Assembly (NCBI GenBank): GCA_040954595.2
Contig: CM082589.2
Location: forward strand, 732,590-796,589
Reading direction: 5' to 3'
DNA: 64,000 bases
Source of the DNA: Balanoglossus misakiensis
Lineage: Eukaryota; Animalia; Hemichordata
The position numbers were made by a program, and so were the translations under genes. Shown here piece after piece: positions 41,901 to 54,147 of this stretch. Below the pieces are notes generated by a model, which made no database searches, was not told the origin of the DNA, and was given only the letters and a program-made list of their open reading frames with translations. Each line of letters opens with the position of its first letter. Within the stretch, counting starts at the first letter, position 1.

Positions 41901-44900
41901 TGTAAGAAAGGATTACTAAAGTTACCGGGAGCAAAATCTGAGAAAATGTTTGAGGCTGATTTTCAAAGTGCGATCTACTTTAAGAATACCACCTAGAGAA
42001 GTAATATCGTGCGCCGTCTGAAGCAATAACTATTACAGGCACGCAGTAAAGAGCAGAGTATAGAGGAATGTAAAACAATAAGTTTCCCATAAAACATCAA
42101 AGAAGGAAGCGACTTGTATCAATACGCCAGTGATATGCACAATAAAGGGCCTCATTACTCACAAATGTATATCTACGCCGCAGAGAGAAGACGTTTGTTC
42201 TCATCTCGTATTATACCTGGGATTCATTTATTCAACAATTCATTTCTTTGGTCGATTAGTGGTAGATCAATTTGCAGTCTAGAACGATAAATCGATGGAA
42301 AATGACATGTGTGTAGTTCAAACGGAGTTTGAGGTACAAGTGTTACAGATATGGGACAGAAGAGTATCTGATAATGTTCTTGACATTTCTGTTATATGCT
42401 AATTACTAGTCCAAATGATCACAGGTGTAGAAAACAAGATGGCGCCCGGCCTAAGCGAAAGCCTGGGAACTGAGCTTCTCAAATCTCCAGTCCAAGTGAT
42501 GTTTGACAGGCATTTTGTCTAAACTATTACATCCGTTCACAGGACTCTGGATAAAGAGCTGAAACGTTACGAAGATGTCGTCACTTCGAAAGAACACGAG
42601 AAAGACACAGGGTGTCTGGCGCCTGTCGATCTGAGACTTTGCCGTCTTTGTTATTCCAAGAAATTTGCGGATGGCGTTGGTCGAATTTGCTCGGATTGCG
42701 ACAGAAGAGTATGCATTCAATGTGGATGCTTCAACAAATCATTTGATGAGAATGAACGCGACGAGGTGAGTCAAATCACATTTTCCTTCCTGCACAGATC
42801 GCTGAAAACGGGCATTTCAATGGGCCACACTACAGTCACTCGGTGTGACTGTGAGTGGGGCCATTTTATGGGCACAGCTACCCGACGTCGTCTACGTCAC
42901 CAAACCAAGTGCCCCGGCAATCTTTACATGCTATCTGAACTTTGAAATGTTAGTATGAATATTGATCAATAGTTTACAGTAAACGTTGATTGTTGTACGT
43001 GAGAAAAGTTGTGATCAAGGTATAAAGCAAACATTTGATATATTTTGTCGTTTCAGCCGATGAAGAACAAATGGAGGTGTAGAATGTGCATATTGAGACG
43101 ACAACTGCTCTGCAAAACGGGACAGTGGTATCATGGAGCCGAGGCGCAACCTGTCGTCAGAGCCAAAGAACTGAAGGAGAAAATGCAAAAAATTGAAAGA
43201 AAAGACGCGCGCTGCGGTGATGGACAATATTTGGATACAGGATCTGATGTAAGTAACAATTATCGCTTTTTTGTACATTTTTGAGGACTTTGGACAGTGG
43301 CGGGTGGAAAATGCGTTTGTGGTGTCCACTGACTGCTTGTGTGCATATGATGTGTAAGCTTGTTCGTGATCTGCACTGACCGGCAGCAGATTGTACTCGC
43401 CAGCGATCAGGAGACGTTTTAACATCCGGGGTATTAATCCTCAATGATAACCTTGATCACAGTAACGATGAGCATGCGTTATAGCGGAGTAATCTCCTGT
43501 AATAGGTTACCATGGTTACACGAACCATAGGGAAGCCGCTTTGCTTGGATTTCATCGGTAACGCCGTGAGGTGCAGACGTCTCAGAAAGATTAATGTAAA
43601 TCCGCTCTTTTAGAAGATTCAATACGAAATGGAGTTTCAGAATCGTCTGTAAACTGTCAAGCATCATGATTTTTTTATGATAAGTACAACTTCCCAATAA
43701 AATTGAGACTGAAGTATCTTGATGCCGCAAAAAGTAATAACCGAGTATAATTGCCAAAATCTGTAAAATTGCCTGAGTTAGTACTAATAGGCACCCTTAG
43801 ATTGGTTGTCCAGCGGAGGCCTAATCCTTGTTATTCCGCCAGACATTTCAGTGTATGCCAAGTTTGCAAAAGCAGCTTATGCCGTAAATAGTTTTGATTT
43901 ACATCATTGATGCAATACATACAAATAATCATATCTATCATCATGTCGCGTGCAAGAAATAAAACACCAGTATATGCAAATTACCAGGTGTACACGTAAT
44001 GATGTGCGTCATTCGCAATAGCGTTGTTTTGAGTCCGGTATACTGTTGTTCGTAGTTTCTCGGAGGAATACAGGTTACTTATACATTTCCGTTTCTTATT
44101 TTCCAATTTAATATGTTTTTCGCATGCGACCAATTTGTGTTGACGTCACGTGGTTCTAGACCGGATTCACCTCCGTTGCCATGGCAGCTACTTTTCCACT
44201 GTGAGAGATGTTTGTTTTGCAGATGGTCACTTGTAGTATCTCTATCTCGCCAATTACTGAACAATTTTATCTGTTCGTAACTTGATCCCTAATTTTTGAA
44301 ATGGCAGAAATCTTCGGCTAATGAATGCCGGTACTCTTTTCACTAATTCCAAAGCATATTGAAAGTTGTAAAACCAATCTGCGTTTCTTGGATTACGTGC
44401 GTCGAACAATTAGAAGCCTCATTCACATCTGATGATCCAACATAAATCTGACAATGGGCAGGTCCGCGCATGTGCAGGATATGAATGACAACATGTATGG
44501 ACTAAACGTACATATTTATGGATGTGTTAACAATTATTGTATGCATGTATGAAAGAAAAAAGAGGGATAAAAAGTCTGATAGCTGAACAATTAATGTTGG
44601 GAAGATTCTGAATTTCCTATCCTCAGCAGTGTGTGGCACCCCCTGTAAATGTTACCGGGGACCCCATATAGCGGTCCTCCTTGGTATAGCAGAGACGTTA
44701 CCGGGGTTCCCAGCCCATTGACGAATCTTCCACAGCAAAAACTCTGCTTAGCGTCTATACCATATTACATAAAGCATAATTACATGCTGAGTGAAATCAA
44801 TGAATAAGAAAATAATTGCTTTCTTCATTGGACGATAAATCACTGGATGTAAACACAACTTATGGCGACACAGATTAAGGAAATCAATGATGAATGTCGT

Positions 44901-47900
44901 GAAAGTAAAACGTTCGCTGGAAATTGATAGCCAAGAGGTGTATATCGACTCACTCATAACCGGAGGCTTGATAGGGAAAGTAAATTAATCTGTTAAAGTC
45001 ATAGAACAGAAAATAAATAGATTTAGACCATTAGCTTGGCTGCTTGTTCGTTTTCTCCAAATGATCCATATAAAATAATGAGAATCAGACGCAGGTTATG
45101 AAATTTTATACACAAACGCTACTGATGGGCGCCGTTATTTAATTTGAAGACCGTCGCTTTCGATGTTTCCATAGTCACGTGATGTCTAAGAAAATGGCGT
45201 AGCATTTCAAATCTTGGAAACAGGAGCCTTGTCCTCGAAACTGCCCTCAGGCGAATACTCATAAAAGATACACCCGATTATGGTCCACTGAAGCAATCCG
45301 ACTCATATACCCGAGATGGAGACTATTTTCAGATTGTGGGGAGTTCATCTCAGCGTCTGAAAAGCCGCAAGTTAGTGTTCCTTGTGTCCATGCGCGTGCG
45401 CAACAGTCGGAACATTCTTTGAGCACGGATGACGGAGTAATTTTCTTCGTCGTATAAAAGCAACCATTGTTACACGGAGCGGATTGCCGACTGATTGTAT
45501 TAGCGCAAGGCATCTTTAAAGACTTAACATCCCGATGGTACGTGATCCTAGCGTCGGTGTCGCTATCCAACATGGATAATTACATTTGAGCAACCTCTAG
45601 GGCCACTTGGTTGAACAACATGTCTTCTGTCTTCAGATATGGAAGTGCTGGCAGTCACGTTTCACATCACAGATTTTGGTGAACCTAACCAGTTTTATTT
45701 GCTTTACCATTGTTGGTACTTGTGAACCAATACAATTAAACGGCCTGTGTCGACAGTCTTGTATTTTATCTCCTGTAAAACAAACTTTATGTATCAACCG
45801 AGGCATATAAACGAGCCAGAAATAAAAAGACGCTACTTCGGGGCTTGATGATTGTACAAATGGCGCCTTAGGTCCTAATTACCGGACCTATTGTAGGATG
45901 AAGTGTTGCTATGGAAACACGAATCAAGTGCTTCATCGGTGTCCATTAGTACAGGTCAAATGCAAAACACGGTTGAGGGAGTAATTTCAATACATGCTAG
46001 TTCCTGGGGATCATTTGGATGTTTTCAGGAACAAAGGCCGGGGTTTTCTACCTGAAACCATTTTTAGCACTGGAAATATTATTTAGGATATGTATTTCCG
46101 TATACGTGTTGCCTGTTAGTTTTTCTGTGCACGTGGCATGTGTGCGTGTTTTGTAGAACTCGGGTCGGGCAAGGAGAAAGATAGTATCTTGTTTATCGTG
46201 AGGGACAAAAAATAATACGTCCACTCGCCCAAATCTTCAGAAAATATGACGCCAAGTCGTTTGCACCAATGAGTCTAAAAATATCTAAGGTTATATTAAA
46301 CGTTTGTGTCTTGGATTAACACAGTATTTGCAGATGTGCTCGAGGTCACCAAGACGAAGGATTTCCCACCAGGAATTCTACTATACATCTGGCGGAACTC
46401 GTGATTTTGTGGCACACGACCGACCAAGACAGCGATCTCACAGCGTCAAACACAAACACGACGGAAGTGTAACCGTGCAGAGAGAAACCGCTTCCAGTGA
46501 ACGCAGAAGAAGGATGTCTCGCAGAGAACGCAGAAGATTACCGCAGCAACATTGGCGATCGCTCACCAAAAAGGAAAGCACATCAGACAGCGAGGCGGAA
46601 TTTATGAACGGACACGGCGCAAGCCAACACATCGAGATCCACGAGAGAATCAGGCCATCACACAGTGCCTATGGCCTGGAAACAACAAAAGAAGAACGAC
46701 GGACAAGCGGCGTGTTTTGTTGTCCAGAAATAATCACCCATGAACAAAGAATAAATTATTACAACACTAGTTTTTCGGACGAAGCCGCGAGATCCAGGGA
46801 CGGTAATTACTTATCACCGTATTCCTCAGGAAGTGAATTTAGTGAAAAGATCCACGCCAGGAGGGACAGATCTCTACCGAGGATTAGGCGGATGGGTACA
46901 ATTGATTTGACTGAAGGTGATGTGCGAGCAACGGCCGCTTTGCAGAAAGTTGAAGTAAGTACAAATACACGTCTTTGTCATTAGCAATAGTTTATGAATC
47001 GGTCAAATTTACTTCTAATATACCGTTGGTCAATTAACTGTAGACAATCAGCAAGCGACGTATTCCCTGTTTATTTCAGATTATCCTAAATCTTTTCCAC
47101 GATGTGTTATCTGTCCGTTGAGAATAGTGTCTAGTGAAATGTCATTCCAGCTGACAACAATCTCTTCTGCATCGCGCTACATTCCTTCTATGTAATCAAC
47201 TTCATCATCAAGCAATACCTCTTTCTTGTTAGTTCAATATCTCGGCAACCAACTCCCAGCTTTAATCTTCTGTCGCATCGATTTTTTGTTTCTGACGGGT
47301 ATTGATCCTTTAATTCCGTCTCATCAGCAAGCACTGTCAACAGAGTTTTTTCTGGTAATCCGGCTTTTAGAAATATTAGTATCTAATGGGAGTTAATGTT
47401 TTCAGATTCGTCAAGTATGATGATACATGTTGTTATGCCTGACGTCTTTTTTCATTACACAACATAAATAATATATTGGAACTGAGGTTTGTGTTCAGGC
47501 CTTGTCAAAGCAAAAGGTAGTTAAACGGTAATAAGAAATAGGATATGCCGTGATAAGATCAACAATATATCTCTTCTGCATTAGAGATTTCGGACCTTGT
47601 ATATCGGAATGATAAACATGAACAGCAATTTTTTTTTTCCAGTTCAATCATTCCGTCACACCCTAAAGGGACGAGACAATATTAGTAACAGATTGTCACG
47701 TCGTGGGCTCATTCACACGTACTTACAACATTAAACCCCAGAGGTACATCCCAAAACGATGACTGTTTTAACGCCTTCTGAATTTTCTCGGTTAAAATTA
47801 GGATTCTGAGAATTTTTCCATCGTTCTACCACGTGTTATTAATATTTTCTTACAGAGAGCAAGGAACGCCCCCGATAAACCGATTCGCCGAATTACCCTT

Positions 47901-50900
47901 CGCAGAGAATATGGCGACGTTTCTTCACGGAGTGAGTTCAGTTTCTAAATCTATTCTTTCATGTCTAACGCTTTTAATATCAACCTGAGTACCAGCAGTT
48001 TTAATATTCGCCTCATTCTACGGTGTGTCAAGTCGTGAATACAATCTTGTTTTGGTAAAAGCCGGAACATGTTGAGTCCACCAATGAGTTGAACGCCAGA
48101 ACATCACGTGACGCCCACGGGCAGATAATCCAATAAACAGATTGTTGGCAGGAAACATTGCTTGAAAACGTGCATGAAAGTGGTACTGAACCTTTGCGAT
48201 AAAGGTTGTTCGTTTAATATTTAATTGAACCTGATTTGTGTGTGTATCAAATGCATTTTTTTGCTCTACTTTGAACAGCTAATATATCCAGTACCCCACT
48301 TGTCAACGTCGCCTATACGTGTGCAGCGGCCATTGTTATTGTCGACAAATGAATTCTAGTACGGATTTGAATTCAAAATTTGCATGATAACAATGCTGAT
48401 TATACATATATATGTTGCGTTGACAAGTTAAACGCAGGGCATTTCATCACTGAAAATATAGCAAAAAGTTACAGCTAATGGAACTTTAACTCAGGACTTG
48501 CTTTACTTTGTTTCTTGAATTACCCATGCAGCAAACGGATACGGATTACACGTCGTCGGTGGAAAGATTAACGCCAACGGCACTCTTGGCGCCTACGTCA
48601 CACTGGTTAAAGAAGGTGGTCCCGCTATGGTTGAAGGTGACATCAAAGAAGGTAACGCCAACTACAGTGTTATTTTGCCCTCAGACCATTTTATCCCCAT
48701 GTGACCGCGTCGACCATATGACAGTCATGTCAATGTAGTAATCCCCTAATAGCAATCTTAATCTGTCCATGAGAACAGATACTCGTTACATTCGCGTATT
48801 GCAAAGCCTCCACTGGCGCCTGTTCTGGATATCATCATCTTTGAAACACGCCATTTGGAGACAGAAATGTGGATCAATACCTTGATCTTCCAGTTTTGTT
48901 TTCTCGGTGATTGCTTACTTTCCGAATTCCCGGATATTAACTGGCACAAAAGACGCTGACCCAGTCATCGAACTTCTTTGTACTCTCTGTCACAGAGATG
49001 CGTTGATTATGTGCAAGAGATGATTAAATTCACAGTGGCACACTATGGCTACCACCAATTTCTTCAGAATGGGATTTCTATATAAAGGAGTGTTTTCCTC
49101 AGACTATGTCTTATTTTCTTTCTCTTTTCTCCTTGCCTCCCTGCCTGTCTGCCTGCCTGTATGTCTGTCTGTCACGTGACTGTCTCTATGACTCTGTCGC
49201 TGTTCTTGCCGCCACTACCGCCCTTTGCCTCTTTGCCTCATATCTCCTTGCCTCCCTGCCTGCCTGCCTGTCTGTCTGTCTGTCTGTCTGTCACGTGACT
49301 GTCTCTATGACTCTGTCGCTGTTCTTGCCGCCACTACCGCCCTTTGCCTCTTTGCCTCATATCTCCTTGCCTCCCTGCCTGCCTGCCTGTCTGTCTGTCT
49401 GTCTGTCTGTCACGTGACTGTCTCTGTGACTCTGTCGCTGTTCTTGCCGCCACTACCCCTGTCGCTGTTCTTGCCGCCACTACCGCCCTTTGCCTCTTTG
49501 CCTCTCTACCTCTTCCACAGGTGATCAGATTTTAGAATGGAACTATTTTTCACTCATTAATAAGACGTTTGAAGAAGTCAAAGACATCCTTGAGCGGTCT
49601 AGAGACGAGGTAAACATTCTAGTGGCTCACAAACGAAGGTTAGAATCTATATTGTATTATATTTCAGTAAATGTTTCTTTTCACTCTTGAATTATATTAA
49701 ATGGAAATAGTGTTACTTTTTATCAAACGAATATGCGACAATCGTAAATAACGAATTCGAAACAGCAAATTCTTTGCGTTTTATATAACGTACTTGTTCA
49801 TGATACTTGATGAGAGATATTTTTAGCACACGGTCGCCATTTTTATGACGTCACTTCCGTCTTATTTCAACAGAGTAAGTCATACAAAACTTGGTCGAAG
49901 ATTGAGTGACAACTCTGAAAGTTCCAACCAAACAATGCAGAAAGCTATCGACTTAACACGCACAAGTAAGTTATTTTAGGCGAGTGAATTTAACGGTGGC
50001 AAAAATGATCGCTGCTGTATTTCATGTTATCATGTTTTCGGTTTTTATATATCTTTGTCAGGAATAGCTGAAGCCATTGGAGAAAGGAGCGGATACGATC
50101 TGCCTCAAACCCTAGAAATGTAGTAACGTTTCCATGGAAACCCATCTTTCCATTAGATGTTGAACTATTAAAAGTATATCCCACGCTGTAAAGACAAATG
50201 TCAACAAGTTGTTAACATAGTTTGTACAATGGTAATTTCAGAATGTTTGAACTATTCCACGTTCTTCATGTTTTGCAGAGCTTGCAAGTCAAGTGAGCGA
50301 AGATCAATATAAAGAACTCCTCAACACGCCCAGCACACCCAGGCGGAAGCTTCCCAAATCCCCTGTAAGTATCACTCAGGTTGGAGAAAATTTCAGTGAT
50401 TGTCTTGAATAATTTAACACCTGTCGTGACTGGCAGGCCGTCATGAGAAATACCGAAGGGGAGAATGTGATTCTTTGAAAACAATCCGTGTTTCTGTCCG
50501 GCGGCGGCACTGTGTTGTAATCGTGCAAATGTTTTCACCTTAAATGCGTGGGCGTAGAACGAGGTCCTAAAACCGACCCTGCTATGTAACAAATCGAATA
50601 TAGAAATCAAGCTTTGTATGAAACTAGGATAGGCCTAGGTGGAGAGTTTTAACACAATTAACCTCTGGACTATGTGATATCTGTTCTCTGCTACTTGAGA
50701 ATGTCCCCCATATAAACTGACTATAGCCACGCGAGAACTTGCGTGGTCTCGTGGAATTCGAAGAATGGTCTAATGGCAGACATTTACCTTTTGTCTCTTT
50801 TGTATCCAAAGGTGGATTTGAAAGCGGAGCAGGCGACGGTTTCTGGACGACTCAACATTTCCATTTTACACAACGAAGACGACGAAGAGTTGATTATCAC

Positions 50901-53900
50901 TGTGTTCCAGGCGGAAAATTTACCAGTTAGACGGACCTCCGGAGATCACTTGTCTAACCCATATGTCAAAATATATCTACTACCACACAGGAGGTTGGTC
51001 AGACGCCATCTTTGATTCCAGACTTCAGAATCATTTCGGTTTCAAAGATTTCACAGATACACGCGTCGTTTGGTGATGTAACAGTTGAACAAGTACTCTG
51101 TATTTTTCGATGCTTGCAGTGTCAATAATAATCAATGGAATGTCTTGGTTTTTAGGGAACTACTTCGTTTTCGAACGGATACATCTCATTCTTCAAGTAA
51201 TCCGGTTTGGAATAAAACATTTGTCTATCCCAACATATCAAAAATAGAGGTACGTCGTCTTACACATTGAAATGCTAAATGCAACATATCCATTTCAATT
51301 GTCAATTCTGAAATTTACAAGAATCAGTTTGGAAAAAAGTCAGTCGGCTGATGTACTGCATAGATCAGCGTGCGTGTCTGATTAGAAATAATTCGAACAT
51401 AAGTGGTGCAAACTAGTGTCTGCTTAGCGTTGTAGATCATGTTGCTAAATAAAGTCTGATGACAAGAACCACTTGACATTCGAAAATAAGAGAAAATTGT
51501 TCGCTCTCGTTGCAGCTAGAAAATCATTCGTTAGAACTAACTGTGTGGGATGATGTCCCAAATGCACTGAGTGAGTTCATGGGAGAGGTGAGTTTCTGTC
51601 AAATATTAGAAGTCTTTGTAGATTCCGTGTTTACACCAAGGAAGTTGCCGAAAGTGGTGTCTGTGTGTCTGCATGTCTGACTGTTTATCTGTCTGTGTGA
51701 TGTGTTCTGTCATGCGCACAAGGTACTGTCTTTGTTGAAATAAAAATCCCTAAACCTAATCGACAAAATATGATGTGTAACGTGGGTGTTTGTGATGCGT
51801 TTGATGCTAGTGTGAAACAACATCCCCTGACTGCGGCTTTATGCATCCCATAGGTATTAATTGATCTCCGCGACGCCTCGAATGAGCCTCGATGGTTCGA
51901 CTTGGCTGAGCATGACGAGAACAGTCCGCCCTTACCTAAGCCGTCGCCTAAATCTGTGAGAAAAGTGTCTCCGTGTCTAAAACCGGAACAAACCATGCAG
52001 GCTGTGATGTACCACGCCAAGATGAAGGAAAGACTTCAAAGATCCATGTCAATTAGCGAAGCTCCACCAGGTAAGAGATTTACTTTATCGACGACCATCA
52101 TCTGGTCAATTCCTGTTGCGTGTAATCTTAAGTTTGTTAACGAAGGAGACGAAAATGTTAATCGCGAGTAAAACGGTCAATTATGGTACAGCGAAAGTAG
52201 TTAACTTTGAGCTGCAGAATAATTGAACTGTTTAACAACAAATCGAGTTACGCCACCAAATTTAAGTAACAGCCTTCTCTGTCCAAAATTGTAAAATCAT
52301 AGTTATTGTTGAAGTCGTTTCATCCCAATATTTTGCGATTGGCTGTCCTAGTACCTTGTTGCTTACTACTGTATACAATCTACCGACATAAAATGCTGGT
52401 TACTTTTCAGAGGAAAATTCCGAAGATGAAGAGTTTCCTGGTGCCAACAACATCAAACCACTGCTTAAGAAACTGGATGAATTAAATGTTGAAGACAGTG
52501 ATACTTCTGTGAGAAGGTCATCCAAAAGTTCTATTAAGGAAACCGACAACATAAGTATGTATGAATAAAATATCTGTAATTGACTAGAAGATACAGTAGG
52601 CCTATAAATTGATAAATGGTACCTCAGAAAACACTTGTCTGTTATTCTTGTTTGTTTGTTTGTTTGATTTTCGCCAAAAGGTGAAAGGTCAGCGTCATCC
52701 AGTACAGGGAGCAGCGTACAAGCCACAAGGAATCGACCAGGCACCGCTGCTGAAGATTCTCTGATGGGTTAGTCGTTATAGATTCTTCCCATTAAGTACA
52801 AACAGTGATCTATTTTGTTGTCACTTGAGATCATCGTACAGATTTGAGTGTTTGCTAAGTTTGTGCTCGATACACGTAAATGTCAGGACTCTCTGAGATG
52901 GATTGAACGCTCACATTTCAATGATTCCGAAAACTCGCCATGAAACTAAAATTAGAACCTGTACGCAATATGCGATCAATATACAGCAGATCACTCAATT
53001 CCAAATGTTCCATGATTTTACGGTTGTTATTTTCATAAGCTGTTCAAGACAAGTCACCCGTTAACCTGTGTAGACGTGCCTGGTATCTTTGCAACATGCA
53101 AGCTGCATCTTTAAGATGTTGGTGATGTACTTGTAAGACTGTTGTCTGCAAAGCAGCGTGCTGTATTGGCCCACTGGTCATTAGTAAAGGCACTTTGATT
53201 GCCTCGCTGGACGTTATTATTATACCCGGATGTGGATACAGTAATCCCTATATGCCATTCTTGACAGCACACCTTGTAGCCATTAAGTGCTCTTTTCTGA
53301 TAAAATAATTAGACCACATGTTAACATCATGGGTATTACTCCTATTGCATTAGTAACATGCCGACCATTATCAGGCTCTTCTGTTTCCACTTTGTGCTTC
53401 TCCGCAAAACAGAAATCGTCATTTCGAAACATCGAGCAATTTTTACATAACCTTTGACCTTTAAGATGCTGAAGGACTCTATAATACATGGCTATATATC
53501 GTACTGCAGTTTACACATCGCAATTTAATAAATACAACATTGAGTAGTGTTTTTGATGTTATATTTTTTTCACAAACTCTTCTCTCTTATAGACACAAAC
53601 AGTGTTAATCTCAGTCCCCCAGCTTCACCAGATACCCGGAAAGACAGAGGTAATACAGAAGTTATGCGTTGTCCTGTGGGTGTAGATGTGAGAATAGAAA
53701 GCGCATGCGCAAACAGTTAGTGTTATGTACACGTGTAATCCGTTCTCACTTTTGTCTGTAGAGGTACGTGTATTTGACAACCCTTGTGCGAACACATTAA
53801 CTCGACTGGTTGTAGTTTCATTTCTTTGCTGGTAGGTTTAAGGGGGAGTCTACGCGAACGACTGAAGAGGAAACTGTCAACCAAAGGCGATGTGAAGAAA

Positions 53901-53925
53901 AGATCAATCAGTAGTCATAATTTAG
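38994..53925 (+). CDS. RIM-family (regulating synaptic membrane exocytosis)-like presynaptic scaffold, 3'-incomplete in window: Rab-binding helix, FYVE-type Zn finger, PDZ, C2A
   Basis: Exons 38994-39071 (tentative; alternative start ATG 39699), 39624-39805, 42543-42765, 43057-43248, 46325-46954, 47856-47931, 48532-48651, 49521-49638, 49874-49965, 50279-50364, 50812-50993, 51156-51249, 51516-51587, 51854-52070, 52411-52554, 52681-52767, 53593-53649, 53836-53925. All GT-AG and in phase, ~913 codons, no stop reached. Motifs: MPDLKLDHLTQEEMAILQRVFDKQ; CRLCYSKKFADGVGRICSDCDRRVCIQCG...WRCRMC...TGQWYH; GYGLHVVGGK...GDQILEWN; SGRLNISI...QAENLP...NPYVKIYLLP...NPVWNKTFVY...LELTVWD...EFMGEVLIDL...EPRWFDL..HDENSPPLPKPSP. 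Confidence 0.9.
39624..43248 (+). CDS. RIM-like gene: Rab-binding helix and zinc-finger exons (39624-39805, 42543-42765, 43057-43248)
   Basis: DHLTQEE helix, four CxxC pairs, the KFADG signature of RIM Zn fingers, and TGQWYH equivalent to the SGAWFF motif. Confidence 0.9.
47856..49638 (+). CDS. RIM-like gene: PDZ-domain exons (47856-47931, 48532-48651, 49521-49638)
   Basis: RRITLRREYGDVSSRTNGYGLHVVGGKINANGTLGAYVTLVKEGGPAMVEGDIKEGDQILEWNYFSLINKTFEEVKDILERSRDEVNILV. Confidence 0.9.
48436..48489 (-). repeat. Second copy of the TTAA-bounded dispersed repeat terminus
   Basis: Reverse complement matches 13296-13355. Confidence 0.5.
49128..49503 (+). repeat. Pyrimidine-rich minisatellite, ~3 copies of a 115-119-bp unit, abutting a 3' splice site
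   Basis: Units start at ~49131, 49246 and 49365 (ccttgcctccctgcct...tgtcacgtgactgtctctatgactctgtcgctgttcttgccgccactaccgccctttgcctctttgcctc). They differ by (TGTC/TGCC)n slippage. Confidence 0.9.
50812..52070 (+). CDS. RIM-like gene: C2A-domain exons (50812-50993, 51156-51249, 51516-51587, 51854-52070)
   Basis: C2 motifs NPYVKIYLLP, NPVWNKTF, LELTVWD, EFMGEVLIDL, PRWFDL. Confidence 0.9.
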
Positions 53926-54060
53926 GTAAACGGACTATTCTTACCTTCCACACTAATAAGACTGTTGATATCGCCTGAATATTCATAGTAGAATAAAATA
54001 CATGTACTTCATTATTCTTCACGTCATGTGCATTGTGATGTTTCTTTTATATAAGACACT

Positions 54061-54079
54061 ATGGTGGTGGTAGTGGTGG

Positions 54080-54146
<67 letters not shown>
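54061..54146 (+). repeat. (GGT)n(GAT)n trinucleotide microsatellite, intronic
   Basis: About 22 tandem GAT units preceded by GGT units. Confidence 0.95.

Positions 54147-54147
<1 letters not shown>

Noticed and set aside
49106-49535. Cys/Leu-rich ORFs in three frames
   Set aside because: Products of the pyrimidine-rich minisatellite within an intron.
51685-52744. Minus-strand ORFs 51685-52020 and 52400-52744 (likewise 1725-2219, 3425-3808, 42451-42720, 43015-43425)
   Set aside because: Antisense shadows of real exons, with no independent protein features.
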